This document shows, one piece after another, positions 10,061-19,876 of a stretch of 64,000 nt of DNA; position 1 is the stretch's first letter, and each line of letters starts with the position of its first letter. Source of the stretch: an uncultured Arcobacteraceae bacterium. Its GTDB lineage: Bacteria; Campylobacterota; Campylobacteria; Campylobacterales; Arcobacteraceae. Where the stretch lies: contig CAZAOJ010000002.1 of assembly GCA_964486745.1 (NCBI GenBank), forward strand, positions 2,958 to 66,957, read 5' to 3'. A program made the position numbers and the translations under genes. Under the pieces are notes generated by a model. That model worked only from the letters and a program-made list of their open reading frames with translations, was not told the DNA's origin and made no database searches.

Positions 10061-10999
10061 ATGAGTACAACTATAGACTTTTCAAAATCCTTAGTTGTAC
10101 TTGCTCCACTTGCAGGTTATACTGATCTTCCATTTCGTACTGTTGTTAAAAAATTTGGAGTTGATATAACAATATCTGAGATGATAAGTTCAAATGCATT
10201 AGCTTATAATTCTAAAAAAACAATGAAGATGATTCAAAAAGCTTCAAATGAAGATCCATATTTTGTACAACTTTCAGGTAATAATCCAGATATTATGAGA
10301 AAAGCAGTTGAGATATTAAATGATATTGATGGGATTGCTGGTATTGATTTAAACTGTGGTTGTCCAGCTCCAAAAGTATTTAATCATGGTAGTGGATCAA
10401 ATCTTTTAGGCGATTTACCTAGACTTGCTGAGATATTAGGCACAATTAAAAAATATTCAAATAAAAAATATACAACTGCAAAGATAAGAATTGGAATAGA
10501 TGAAAAAATTCCAAAAGATATAGCTAGAGTGATTGAAGATTGTGGAGCAGATATGATATCTGTACATGGTAGAACAAAAAAAGGTGCATATAAAGCACCT
10601 GTTGATTATGATGCAATTGCACAAGTAAAACAAGAGGTAAATATTCCTGTAATTGCAAATGGAGATATTAAAAATTATGAGATAGCTCAAAAAGTTTTAA
10701 AACAAACAAATACTGATGGAGTAATGATAGGGCGTGGTGCTATTGGGAAACCTTGGATTTTTTATCAAATAAAAAATGGTTTAAGGGATGAAGAGATATC
10801 AAATGATCTAAAAAAAGAGATTATTATTGAACACTATGAACAGATGCTTGATTTTTATAATGAATATGGAGTAGTTATGTTTAGAAAACATCTACACACA
10901 TATTCAAAAGGTTATGATGGTGCAAATGAATTTAGACAAAGCATAAATAAAATTACTGATCCTGATATCATGAGACAAATTATTAAAGAATTTTTTTAA
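10061..10999 (+). CDS. tRNA-dihydrouridine synthase
   Basis: LAPLAGYTDLPFR, DLNCGCP (catalytic Cys), HGRT and NGDI motifs of the Dus family. Confidence 0.9.
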   Translation: MSTTIDFSKSLVVLAPLAGYTDLPFRTVVKKFGVDITISEMISSNALAYNSKKTMKMIQKASNEDPYFVQLSGNNPDIMRKAVEILNDIDGIAGIDLNCGCPAPKVFNHGSGSNLLGDLPRLAEILGTIKKYSNKKYTTAKIRIGIDEKIPKDIARVIEDCGADMISVHGRTKKGAYKAPVDYDAIAQVKQEVNIPVIANGDIKNYEIAQKVLKQTNTDGVMIGRGAIGKPWIFYQIKNGLRDEEISNDLKKEIIIEHYEQMLDFYNEYGVVMFRKHLHTYSKGYDGANEFRQSINKITDPDIMRQIIKEFF

Positions 11000-11008
11000 A
11001 GGAAATTT

Positions 11009-11818
11009 ATGGAAGAATATTATTATGAATTAAGTGTAACTCCAGCATCATCATATGATCAATTTTTGCAACTTATAATGAGCCTAACAAACGAGGCTAT
11101 AGAAGAAAATGATGGCACTATAATATCAAGAAGTATAGAAAATTTAGATGTTGTAGAATATGGGATTAAACAATTTGCCAATGCTGTAAATATACAGTGT
11201 GAAACAAAATTAGTAAAACTTAAAAATGAAGATTGGATAAATAACTATAAGAATGCAATACAACCAATTGCTGTAGCAGATTTTTATGTAAGACCATCAT
11301 GGGTAGATCCTAAAGAAGATCTTTTAAATATTGTAATTGATCCTGCTTTATCATTTGGTTCGGGTCATCATGAAACTACAAGTAGTTGTCTTGAAGCATT
11401 AAGTAAATTTTCTAAAAAAGATTTAACTATGGTTGATGTAGGTTGTGGTAGTGGAATACTAGCAATTGCAGGAGCAAAACTTGGACTTATTTGTGATGTA
11501 TGTGATACAGATAAATTAGCTGTAGAAGATACCATTAAAAATTTTAAAACTAATAATGTAAATATAAATAAATCATGGGTTGGAAGTATTACTCAAATAT
11601 CAAATAAATATGATATTGTAATGGCAAATATAGTTGCAGATGTATTAGTTCTAATTGCAAGTGATTTAAAGAAAAGCTTAAAAAAAGATGCAATACTAAT
11701 CTTATCAGGTATTTTAGATAAACATCACGATAAAGTTCTAAAGAAATTTAATAATTTAGATATAATTGACACAATTTATAAAAATGAATGGGTAACAATC
11801 ATTCTAAAAAACAAATAG
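11009..11818 (+). CDS. prmA: ribosomal protein L11 methyltransferase
   Basis: IDPALSFGSGHHETT and the VDVGCGSGILAI SAM motif. The size and N-terminal domain fit PrmA. Confidence 0.88.
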   Translation: MEEYYYELSVTPASSYDQFLQLIMSLTNEAIEENDGTIISRSIENLDVVEYGIKQFANAVNIQCETKLVKLKNEDWINNYKNAIQPIAVADFYVRPSWVDPKEDLLNIVIDPALSFGSGHHETTSSCLEALSKFSKKDLTMVDVGCGSGILAIAGAKLGLICDVCDTDKLAVEDTIKNFKTNNVNINKSWVGSITQISNKYDIVMANIVADVLVLIASDLKKSLKKDAILILSGILDKHHDKVLKKFNNLDIIDTIYKNEWVTIILKNK

Positions 11819-11827
11819 AGGGTATAA

Positions 11828-13843
11828 ATGAATAACAACCAGAATAAAAACGATAATAATAACAATAACTTTTTTAATAAAAATCCAATACTAATTTTTG
11901 CAATGTTTTCAATTGTAACAATTTTAGTATTTAAATCATTGTTTCCACAAGATGGTGGTGAAACAACTGTAACACCATATGGTCAAAAGCAAAAAAGTGT
12001 AACATACTCAGAATTGAAGCAGTTAATTAAAGATGGCAAAATCCAATATGTTGGAATTGGTGATACAACTTTAAAAGCTATATCAAAAAATGCAAATGGA
12101 ACAAAAGCTACATATCATGTAAGAAGAGTAGTTCCTGATAATACTTTAATACCATTGCTTGAAGAACAAAATATTGAATATGGCGGGATAAATGAAGAAA
12201 ATCTTTTAGCAGATATGTTATTTGGTTGGGTTTTACCATTGTTTATATTCTTTGGAATTTGGATGTTCTTAGCTAATAGAATGCAAAAGTCAATGGGTGG
12301 CGGAGGAGGAATCCTTGGCATGGGTGGCGCTAAAAAGATGATAAATAGTGAAAAACCTAATGTTAAATTTGAAGATATGGCAGGAAATAAAGAAGCTAAA
12401 GAAGAAGTTTCAGAGATTGTTGAATTTTTAAGAAATCCTGATAGATATGTAAAACTTGGAGCACAAATTCCAAAAGGTGTACTTTTAGTTGGACCTCCTG
12501 GTACTGGTAAGACACTTTTAGCAAAAGCAGTTGCAGGTGAAGCAGATGTTGAATTTTTAAGTGTAACAGGATCATCTTTTATTGAGATGTTTGTTGGAGT
12601 TGGAGCTAGTAGAGTTAGAGATTTATTTGAACAAGCAAAAAAAGTTGCCCCTGCAATTATATTTATTGATGAGATTGATGCAATTGGTAAAAGTCGTGCA
12701 AGTGGTGGAATGATGGGTGGTAATGATGAACGAGAGCAAACTTTAAACCAACTTTTAGCAGAGATGGATGGATTTAGTAGTGCTGCAGCTCCAGTTATTA
12801 TACTTGCTGCAACTAATAGACCAGAAGTACTTGATCCAGCACTTTTAAGACCAGGAAGATTTGATAGACAAGTTTTGGTTGATAAACCTGATCTTGAAGG
12901 AAGAATTGAGATCTTAAATGTACATATCAAAGATGTAAAATTAGGAAAAGATGTAGATTTAAGAGAAGTTGCTGTTATGACTGCTGGACTTGCAGGAGCT
13001 GATCTGGCAAATGTTATAAATGAAGCTGCACTTCTTGCAGGTCGTGCAAATAAAGAGGAAGTAACTGCAGAAGATTTTAAAGAAGCAGTTGAGAGACAAA
13101 TTGCTGGACTTGAAAAGAAAAGTAGAAGAATTTCTCCAAAAGAAAGAAGAATTGTTGCTTATCATGAATCTGGACATGCTTTAATTGCAGAGATTACAAA
13201 AGGTGCTAAAAAAGTTAATAAAGTAAGTATAGTTCCTAGAGGTTTAGCAGCTCTTGGATATACTTTAAATACACCACAAGAAAATAAATATTTAATGCAA
13301 AAACATGAGCTTATGGCTGAAGTTGATACATTATTAGGTGGACGAGCAGCTGAAGAAGTATTTATTGGTGAGATTAGTACAGGTGCTGGAAATGACCTTG
13401 AAAGAGCAACTGATATAATTAAATCTATGGCTACAATTTATGGTATGAGTGATGATAGTGTTGCTGGACTTATGGTACTTACAAAACAAAATAACCAATT
13501 TTTAGGTGGCGGTCAATCAACTAAAGATTATAGTGATGAGATGGCATTTACACTTGATAATTATATTAAGAAAGTTTTAAATGATAGATATAATGAAGTA
13601 TTGCAAACTTTAAGAGATAATCGTGAAGCTATGGAAGAGATGACTGCAGAACTTCTTGATATTGAAGTGATTAGTGGTAAACGAGTTCAAGAAATAATTA
13701 AACAAAATGGTGGTGTTATATTTGAAGATGAAGATCTACATCATGAAGCAGTTGAGGAAACTGAAAATACAGAACAAGAAGATGTAAAACAAAATGATAA
13801 TACAGAAGAATCATCAAATAATGATGAAAAAGCCAAAGATTAA
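11828..13843 (+). CDS. ftsH: ATP-dependent zinc metalloprotease FtsH
   Basis: Two TM helices, AAA+ Walker A GPPGTGKT, Walker B IIFIDEID, SRH, HESGHA zinc site, and an acidic C-terminal tail. Confidence 0.97.
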   Translation: MNNNQNKNDNNNNNFFNKNPILIFAMFSIVTILVFKSLFPQDGGETTVTPYGQKQKSVTYSELKQLIKDGKIQYVGIGDTTLKAISKNANGTKATYHVRRVVPDNTLIPLLEEQNIEYGGINEENLLADMLFGWVLPLFIFFGIWMFLANRMQKSMGGGGGILGMGGAKKMINSEKPNVKFEDMAGNKEAKEEVSEIVEFLRNPDRYVKLGAQIPKGVLLVGPPGTGKTLLAKAVAGEADVEFLSVTGSSFIEMFVGVGASRVRDLFEQAKKVAPAIIFIDEIDAIGKSRASGGMMGGNDEREQTLNQLLAEMDGFSSAAAPVIILAATNRPEVLDPALLRPGRFDRQVLVDKPDLEGRIEILNVHIKDVKLGKDVDLREVAVMTAGLAGADLANVINEAALLAGRANKEEVTAEDFKEAVERQIAGLEKKSRRISPKERRIVAYHESGHALIAEITKGAKKVNKVSIVPRGLAALGYTLNTPQENKYLMQKHELMAEVDTLLGGRAAEEVFIGEISTGAGNDLERATDIIKSMATIYGMSDDSVAGLMVLTKQNNQFLGGGQSTKDYSDEMAFTLDNYIKKVLNDRYNEVLQTLRDNREAMEEMTAELLDIEVISGKRVQEIIKQNGGVIFEDEDLHHEAVEETENTEQEDVKQNDNTEESSNNDEKAKD

Positions 13844-13883
13844 ATAATTTTTGGCTATAATATTTAATATCTTAGGAGGAAAC

Positions 13884-13958
13884 ATGAAAAATACTATAAA
13901 CTACATAAAAAATACAAGAACTACTGTACTCCTACTTCTACTGGGTAACTTACTCTAA
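13884..13958 (+). CDS. candidate leucine-rich leader peptide upstream of leuA (24 aa)
   Basis: AGGAGGA Shine-Dalgarno at 13874-13880, ATG at 13884. The peptide is MKNTINYIKNTRTTVLLLLLGNLL*, with five consecutive Leu codons (ctc cta ctt cta ctg) plus two more. It lies in the 199-nt gap between ftsH and leuA. Confidence 0.5.
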   Translation: MKNTINYIKNTRTTVLLLLLGNLL

Positions 13959-14042
13959 AGTATAAAATATAACATTTTATAAAAATTAAGAACCAGTTGA
14001 ATTTTTAAAATTCCATAATGACTTTTTAGAAGGTAAAATTAC

Positions 14043-15602
14043 ATGATAAACGAAAACAAAATATTAATATTTGATACAACATTAAGAGATGGTGAACAAA
14101 GCCCTGGTGCTTCAATGAATACTGAAGAAAAAATTACTATAGCTCAACAATTACAAAAATTAGGTGTAGATATAATTGAAGCTGGATTTGCTGCAGCTAG
14201 TCCTGGCGATTTTGATGCAATTGCAAGAATTTGTGAAGTTGTAGATAGATCAACTGTTTGTTCACTTTCGCGTGCATTAGACAATGACATAAAAGCTGCC
14301 GGAGAAGCAATACAAAAAGCTAAAAATAATAGAATTCATACATTTATAGCAACTAGTCCTATTCATATGGAATATAAATTAAAAATGACTCCAGATCAAG
14401 TTATTAAAAAAGCTGTTGATGCTGTTACTTATGCAAGAACTTTTACTAATGATGTAGAATTTTCACTTGAAGATGCAGGAAGAAGTGAAATGTCATTTAT
14501 GAAAGAGATAACTGATGCAGTAATTAGTGCAGGAGCAAGTACTATAAACTTGCCAGATACTGTTGGATATAGATTTCCAAATGAGATTGCTGATATGGTA
14601 AAACAAATGGTTGCATTTGTACAAAATAGAGCAATAATATCATTGCATAATCATAATGATTTAGGATTGGCAGTTGCAAATAGTCTTGCAGGTATTGTAG
14701 CTGGGGCTAGACAAGTTGAATGTACAATAAATGGTTTGGGTGAAAGAGCTGGAAATGCTGCAGTTGAAGAGATTGTAATGGCATTAAAAGTAAGAGCAGA
14801 TTTATTTGAAAAACCATTTGAAACTTCAATAAATACTACTGAAATCTATCCTACAAGCAGATTAGTTGCAACGATTACAGGAATTGAACCACAACCAAAT
14901 AAGGCAATTGTTGGTAAAAATGCATTTTCACATGAGAGTGGAATTCATCAAGATGGAATATTGAAAAATGCACAAACATATGAAATTATGAGTGCGGCAT
15001 CTATTGGACTAGATAAAGAAAATACTTTAGTTTTAGGTAAACATTCAGGTCGTGCAGCATTTAAAGACAAAATTGAATATTTAGGTTTTGATAATATAAG
15101 TGAAGAGATTTTAAATCAAACTTTTGATAGATTTAAATTACTTGCAGATAAGAAAAAAGTGATAGTAGATGATGATATTAGAATGTTAATGACGGATGAA
15201 GCTATAAACCATACAAAAACATTTGAATTGATTTCATTGCAAATATCAGATTGTTCAAATGGAGTTCCTAGTGCAGCTGTTACAATAAAGCATAACGATG
15301 TAGAGATTACAGATGCAGGAATAGGTGATGGTGCTATGGATGCAATATTTAAAACAATTGATAGAATTACAGGATATAATGGTCAATTAAATGATTATAA
15401 AGTAAAAGCTGTAAGTGAAGGTAAAGATGCTTTAGCAAAAGTTGTGTGTAAAGTAACATTTAATGATGATAATCCATCTATGATTGGACATGGATTAAGT
15501 ATAGACACTATGGTTGCTAGTGCAAGAGCTTATCTTGGAGCATTAAATAGCTATTTAAGTATGAAAAATAGTTTAAATAAAAGTTCATCACACCAAGTAT
15601 AA
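14043..15602 (+). CDS. leuA: 2-isopropylmalate synthase
   Basis: [27 protein letters not shown], and a C-terminal LeuA dimerisation/regulatory domain. 519 aa. Confidence 0.96.
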   Translation: MINENKILIFDTTLRDGEQSPGASMNTEEKITIAQQLQKLGVDIIEAGFAAASPGDFDAIARICEVVDRSTVCSLSRALDNDIKAAGEAIQKAKNNRIHTFIATSPIHMEYKLKMTPDQVIKKAVDAVTYARTFTNDVEFSLEDAGRSEMSFMKEITDAVISAGASTINLPDTVGYRFPNEIADMVKQMVAFVQNRAIISLHNHNDLGLAVANSLAGIVAGARQVECTINGLGERAGNAAVEEIVMALKVRADLFEKPFETSINTTEIYPTSRLVATITGIEPQPNKAIVGKNAFSHESGIHQDGILKNAQTYEIMSAASIGLDKENTLVLGKHSGRAAFKDKIEYLGFDNISEEILNQTFDRFKLLADKKKVIVDDDIRMLMTDEAINHTKTFELISLQISDCSNGVPSAAVTIKHNDVEITDAGIGDGAMDAIFKTIDRITGYNGQLNDYKVKAVSEGKDALAKVVCKVTFNDDNPSMIGHGLSIDTMVASARAYLGALNSYLSMKNSLNKSSSHQV

Positions 15603-15605
15603 ATT

Positions 15606-17186
15606 ATGATAAAAGAGCTTATACTAAGATTCGCATACTTTTTAGAAGGCTCTGATTTATATTATAATATAAAGCACTTCTTTTATCTTTTTTTAGAGGA
15701 TACTCGATCTGTACGAAAAAAATATTTTGATTTTATGATGATATTTTTGGTTTTAAGTACAGTTGGTATCCTTATTTACGAAGTAAATCATAAGCCAGAA
15801 TCTTGGTTAGATCAATATGAAACTTTTGCAATTATTGTATTTATATTAGAATGGTTAGCAAGATTATGGGTAGTAAATCATTCTCATAAAATTATTATAA
15901 AAGACTTTGAAAAAGCTCAACTTATAAATCAACCATACGATATAAAACAATCATTAAAAACAATTTTAAAAGAAAAACTTGCATTTATTTTTTCACCAAT
16001 GTCAATCATTGATCTATTAGCAATCTTACCATACTATAGACCTTTAAGAATTTTACGTATTCTAATGTTATTTAGATTATTTAAACTTTTAAGATATGCA
16101 AATTCTGTAAAACAGTTTAGTGATGTATTTGTAGAAAAAAGATTTGAATTTTTTACTCTTACAATTATGTTTTTGATGTCTATAACTTTTGGATCAGCAA
16201 TAATATTTATATATGAAGGGGCTGGTTCAAATCCAAATATTACAAATTTCTTTGATGCTATATATTGGTCAATCATTACAATATCAACCGTAGGATTTGG
16301 AGATATAACACCTGTAACTATTGAAGGTAGAGTAGCTACAATTTTTCTAGTAATTACAGGTTTATCTGTAATTGCATTTTTTACTTCTATTGTTACTACA
16401 GCACTAGGTGAAAAATTAATTGCACTAAAAGAAGAAAAGGTAATAGGTGAAGCAAATGCTCTAAAAGATTTTGTTTTAATTTGTGGATATGGACGAATGG
16501 GTGAAGTATTAGCAAAAGAATTTAAAAAAATAAAACAAAAATTTATTGTAATTGATTTAGATGAAGATCAATTTTTACATACAAATTCACAAAATATATT
16601 ATCTATAAAAGGGGATGCTTCTGATTCTGATTTTTTAGCACATATTGGTATAAATAAAGGTGCGAGTAGTATTATAGCTTTAACAGATAATGATGCTGTA
16701 AATCTTTCAATTGTATTAACTGCTAGAAGTTTAAATCCAAATATAAATATTATTGCAAGAGCAAATGATAAAAAAATTAAAAAGAAACTTTTTTTAGCAG
16801 GAGCCAATGAAGTGGTTGCAGCAAATGAGATTACAGGTTTAGTAGCTGCAGAGTACATAGGCCAGCCAATTGCATTTAATGCAATAGATGATATTTTATT
16901 AGATAATGAAGGAGCTCTTTTAGGGGAAATTGAAGTTTTTGAAAACTCTTTTTACAAAAATCATACACTTGAACATATAGAATTTGAGAATTTTAATTTG
17001 ACATTAATAGGTGTTATAGAAGCAGAAACTAAAAAATTTATATTTAATCCAAATCAAGAAGAATATGTATTAAATGAACATGATATATTGATTGTTATTG
17101 GATTTGAAGCTGCAATTAAATCTTTTAGAATAGAAATTTTATCACATAGACCTAAAGCTCTTGAAGATAAAAGTGAAGAGGTGTAA
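15606..17186 (+). CDS. 6-TM voltage-sensor-like K+ channel with C-terminal RCK (TrkA-N) domain, Kch-like
   Basis: S4-like RPLRILRILMLFRLFKLLR with a basic residue at every third position. Selectivity filter TVGFGD. Rossmann CGYGRMG followed by an RCK domain. Confidence 0.85.
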   Translation: MIKELILRFAYFLEGSDLYYNIKHFFYLFLEDTRSVRKKYFDFMMIFLVLSTVGILIYEVNHKPESWLDQYETFAIIVFILEWLARLWVVNHSHKIIIKDFEKAQLINQPYDIKQSLKTILKEKLAFIFSPMSIIDLLAILPYYRPLRILRILMLFRLFKLLRYANSVKQFSDVFVEKRFEFFTLTIMFLMSITFGSAIIFIYEGAGSNPNITNFFDAIYWSIITISTVGFGDITPVTIEGRVATIFLVITGLSVIAFFTSIVTTALGEKLIALKEEKVIGEANALKDFVLICGYGRMGEVLAKEFKKIKQKFIVIDLDEDQFLHTNSQNILSIKGDASDSDFLAHIGINKGASSIIALTDNDAVNLSIVLTARSLNPNINIIARANDKKIKKKLFLAGANEVVAANEITGLVAAEYIGQPIAFNAIDDILLDNEGALLGEIEVFENSFYKNHTLEHIEFENFNLTLIGVIEAETKKFIFNPNQEEYVLNEHDILIVIGFEAAIKSFRIEILSHRPKALEDKSEEV

Positions 17187-17189
17187 AAA

Positions 17190-17894
17190 ATGAAAAAAAA
17201 TAAAATTATCATATACAGCTTTACATCACTTGCAGCTCAAATAGCAAAAATATTGCATGCGAAAAAATATAAAATATTAATTATAGAAGAAAATGAAGAA
17301 TTAGCTTTAAAAGCCAAAGAATTGGGATATGATGTAAAACAAATATCATTAATGGAAGATGTAAATATTATAGATATTGGTATAAATGATGAAAATATTA
17401 AAGCATTTTTTTGTCTAGGAAAAGATAAAAATACAAATTTATTTATAACTTTAAGTGTTAGAAATATAAATAAACAAATTAGAATTATTTCTGTATCACA
17501 TTCTAAACAAGATAATAAAACAATGTTATTAGCTGGTGCAACAAAAACTATAAATCCATATGAAATTGGAGCACTAAGAATATTTAGGCTTTTACATAAA
17601 CCAACAATTTTAAGTGTATTAGATGATATTTTATTCAATCAATCTGATATTGAAGTAGCTGAAATCATTATAACTAAAGGGTCTATATTTGATGGAGTTT
17701 ATTTAGATGAACTAAAATCAGTAGATAGACAAAAAGTGATTATTTTGGGTATTCAAGATAAAGAGATTAGTGATGATTTTATTTTCTTTTCAACTGGAAT
17801 CAATCATAAAATTGATGAAGGTGATACTTTAGTAGTACTAGGGCATAAAAATGATCTTATTGAGTTTAAAAAAACTGTAGATAGTATTATTTAA
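17190..17894 (+). CDS. soluble RCK/TrkA-like regulatory protein (TrkA-N plus TrkA-C)
   Basis: 234 aa with no TM helix. Degenerate Rossmann start, and a C-terminal TrkA-C-like segment (EIIITKGSIFDGVYLDEL...GDTLVVLG). Starts 3 nt after the channel gene. Confidence 0.65.
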   Translation: MKKNKIIIYSFTSLAAQIAKILHAKKYKILIIEENEELALKAKELGYDVKQISLMEDVNIIDIGINDENIKAFFCLGKDKNTNLFITLSVRNINKQIRIISVSHSKQDNKTMLLAGATKTINPYEIGALRIFRLLHKPTILSVLDDILFNQSDIEVAEIIITKGSIFDGVYLDELKSVDRQKVIILGIQDKEISDDFIFFSTGINHKIDEGDTLVVLGHKNDLIEFKKTVDSII

Positions 17895-17920
17895 ATTATT
17901 AATAAAAAGGGAAATATTTA

Positions 17921-19876
17921 GTGAAGTTGCATATGTTTATAAATCTTTTAAAAGAATCTTTTAGAGATTTAGCACCAATTGTATTGGTGATATTATTTTT
18001 TCAATTGGCCGTTATTCAAACAATTCCACCAAATTGGATATCGACTACGGTTGGATTATTTATAGTTGCTATAGGATTAGCAATATTTTTATTAGGTTTA
18101 GAAATAGGTATATTCCCTGTTGGAGAAGGTCTAGCAAAGGATTTTGCCAAGCGTGGTAGTTCATTTTGGGTATTGATTTTTGGTTTTGCCATTGGTTTTG
18201 GTACGACTATTGCTGAACCCGCCCTTGTAGTTATAGCTCAAAAAGCTGCAGCAATTAGTAGTGGAAGAATTGATGCTACAACTCTAAGATTTGTAGTTGC
18301 TGGATCTGTTGGATTTGCTATATTATTAGGTGTATATCGTATTATAAAAGGGCATCCAATACACTATTATATAATTGCTGGATATGTTGCAGTTGTATCA
18401 ATTACATTTGCAGCTCCTAAAGAGATAATAGGGCTTGCATATGATTTAGGTGGAGTTACTACTTCAACCGTTACAGTTCCACTAGTAGCTGCTCTTGGAA
18501 TTGGATTAGCATCAAATATCAAGGGAAGAAATCCTGTAATTGATGGCTTTGGTTTAATTGCTTTTGCTTCTCTTACTCCTATGATTTTTGTACAAATTTA
18601 TGGAATTGCAGTATATAATTTAGTGGATGCAAAAGATGTATTACATGTAATATCTGAAGTTGAAGCTGTTCCTACAAATGTAACTCTAAATTCATTAGTT
18701 AATGGAATATTAGGTGTTATAAAAGATATTATTCCAATTTTAGCAATTATTTTATTTTTTCAATATGGAGTAATTAGAAAAAATATTAAAAATATAAAAA
18801 CTGTATTTTTAGGTTTTGTATTTGTGGTAATTGGTTTATATGCTTTTATTTTAGGACTAGAATTAGGATTGTTTTCACTTGGTGAAAGTATGGCAGCTGA
18901 GCTTACAGCAACTGGGTCTAGTTGGATTATATATACTTTTGGATTTGCTATAGGATTTGCTACAACCATGGCAGAACCTGCACTTATGGCAGTGGCAAAA
19001 AAATCAAAAGAGATTAGTGATGGAAAAATTAATGATTTTGCATTAAGACTTTTTGTTGCACTTGGTGTTGCTTTTGGTATAGCTTTAGGTTCATTTAGAA
19101 TTATAGATGGTGGGCATATTCATTATTATATTATTGTTGGGTATATGATTGTGATTGCATTAACATTTATAGCTCCAAAATATATAATACCAATTGCTTA
19201 TGATAGTGGTGGTGTTACAACTTCAACAGTTACAGTTCCTTTAGTAGCAGCTTTAGGAATTGGATTAGCTACAAATATTGAAGGACGTTCACCATTAATT
19301 GATGGATTTGGTCTAATTGCTTTTGCTTCATTATTTCCAATGATATCTGTTATGGCATATGGAATTATAAGTGAAAAATTTAATATAAAATCAGATACTC
19401 AAAAAGAAAAAGAGATAATGTCAAAACCTATATCTGAGGAAGAAGGCTCTAATCTTTCTCATGTAAATGTAGATGGTGGAACATTATTAGAGAAATTAAA
19501 TTTATCATTTTCTGCTGTTGTTGTAATAGTACCTCAAAATAAAAAAGAGGATGTACTACATGCAGCAAGGGATTATGGAGCAACAGGTGTAACGCATTTT
19601 AAAGCGCATGGAATGGGATTAGATGAGATGGATAATATTTTTAGATTTGAAGCAGAAGCTTCTGATGAAGTTTTATTATTTATTTTACCTGATAGCTTGG
19701 TAAATAAAGTATTAGATGGTATAATTCATAGATTACATATTACAAGTACTGGTGATGGAATAGCCTTTTCTATACCAATTAGTAATATGAAAGGTATTAG
19801 TGTAAGGCAAAAGCATACATTTGAAAATGAAATCAAAGATGAAATTAATAAAAAGATTCAAAAGGATAAGAGTTGA
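17921..19876 (+). CDS. fused tandem DUF1538 membrane domains plus C-terminal P-II-like domain
   Basis: Clear internal duplication: residues ~55-235 versus ~310-490 share FGFAIGF.TT.AEPAL, GGVTTSTVTVPLVAALGIGLA and IDGFGLIAFASL. The C-terminal ~110 aa (VVVIVPQNKKEDVLHAARDYGATGVTHFKAHGMG...) looks like a GlnB/P-II fold. Confidence 0.75.
   Translation: MKLHMFINLLKESFRDLAPIVLVILFFQLAVIQTIPPNWISTTVGLFIVAIGLAIFLLGLEIGIFPVGEGLAKDFAKRGSSFWVLIFGFAIGFGTTIAEPALVVIAQKAAAISSGRIDATTLRFVVAGSVGFAILLGVYRIIKGHPIHYYIIAGYVAVVSITFAAPKEIIGLAYDLGGVTTSTVTVPLVAALGIGLASNIKGRNPVIDGFGLIAFASLTPMIFVQIYGIAVYNLVDAKDVLHVISEVEAVPTNVTLNSLVNGILGVIKDIIPILAIILFFQYGVIRKNIKNIKTVFLGFVFVVIGLYAFILGLELGLFSLGESMAAELTATGSSWIIYTFGFAIGFATTMAEPALMAVAKKSKEISDGKINDFALRLFVALGVAFGIALGSFRIIDGGHIHYYIIVGYMIVIALTFIAPKYIIPIAYDSGGVTTSTVTVPLVAALGIGLATNIEGRSPLIDGFGLIAFASLFPMISVMAYGIISEKFNIKSDTQKEKEIMSKPISEEEGSNLSHVNVDGGTLLEKLNLSFSAVVVIVPQNKKEDVLHAARDYGATGVTHFKAHGMGLDEMDNIFRFEAEASDEVLLFILPDSLVNKVLDGIIHRLHITSTGDGIAFSIPISNMKGISVRQKHTFENEIKDEINKKIQKDKS

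Noticed and set aside
12115-12930. 271-aa minus-strand ORF, plus the similar long antisense ORFs at 35010..35486, 42227..42643, 62835..63275, 16568..16858 and 17237..17638
   Set aside because: All are embedded antisense in strongly supported genes (ftsH, murE, napL, nosD, K+ channel, RCK). Their translations are low-complexity Ser/Ile/Phe-rich with no motifs or ribosome-binding sites. They are typical AT-rich shadow frames.
13831-13861. AGCCAAA...TTTGGCT hairpin overlapping the ftsH stop, as a terminator, plus TATAAT as the leuA leader promoter
   Set aside because: The stem is only 7 bp with a 12-nt loop, there is no clear T-tract, and no -35 match is present. Too weak to call as features.
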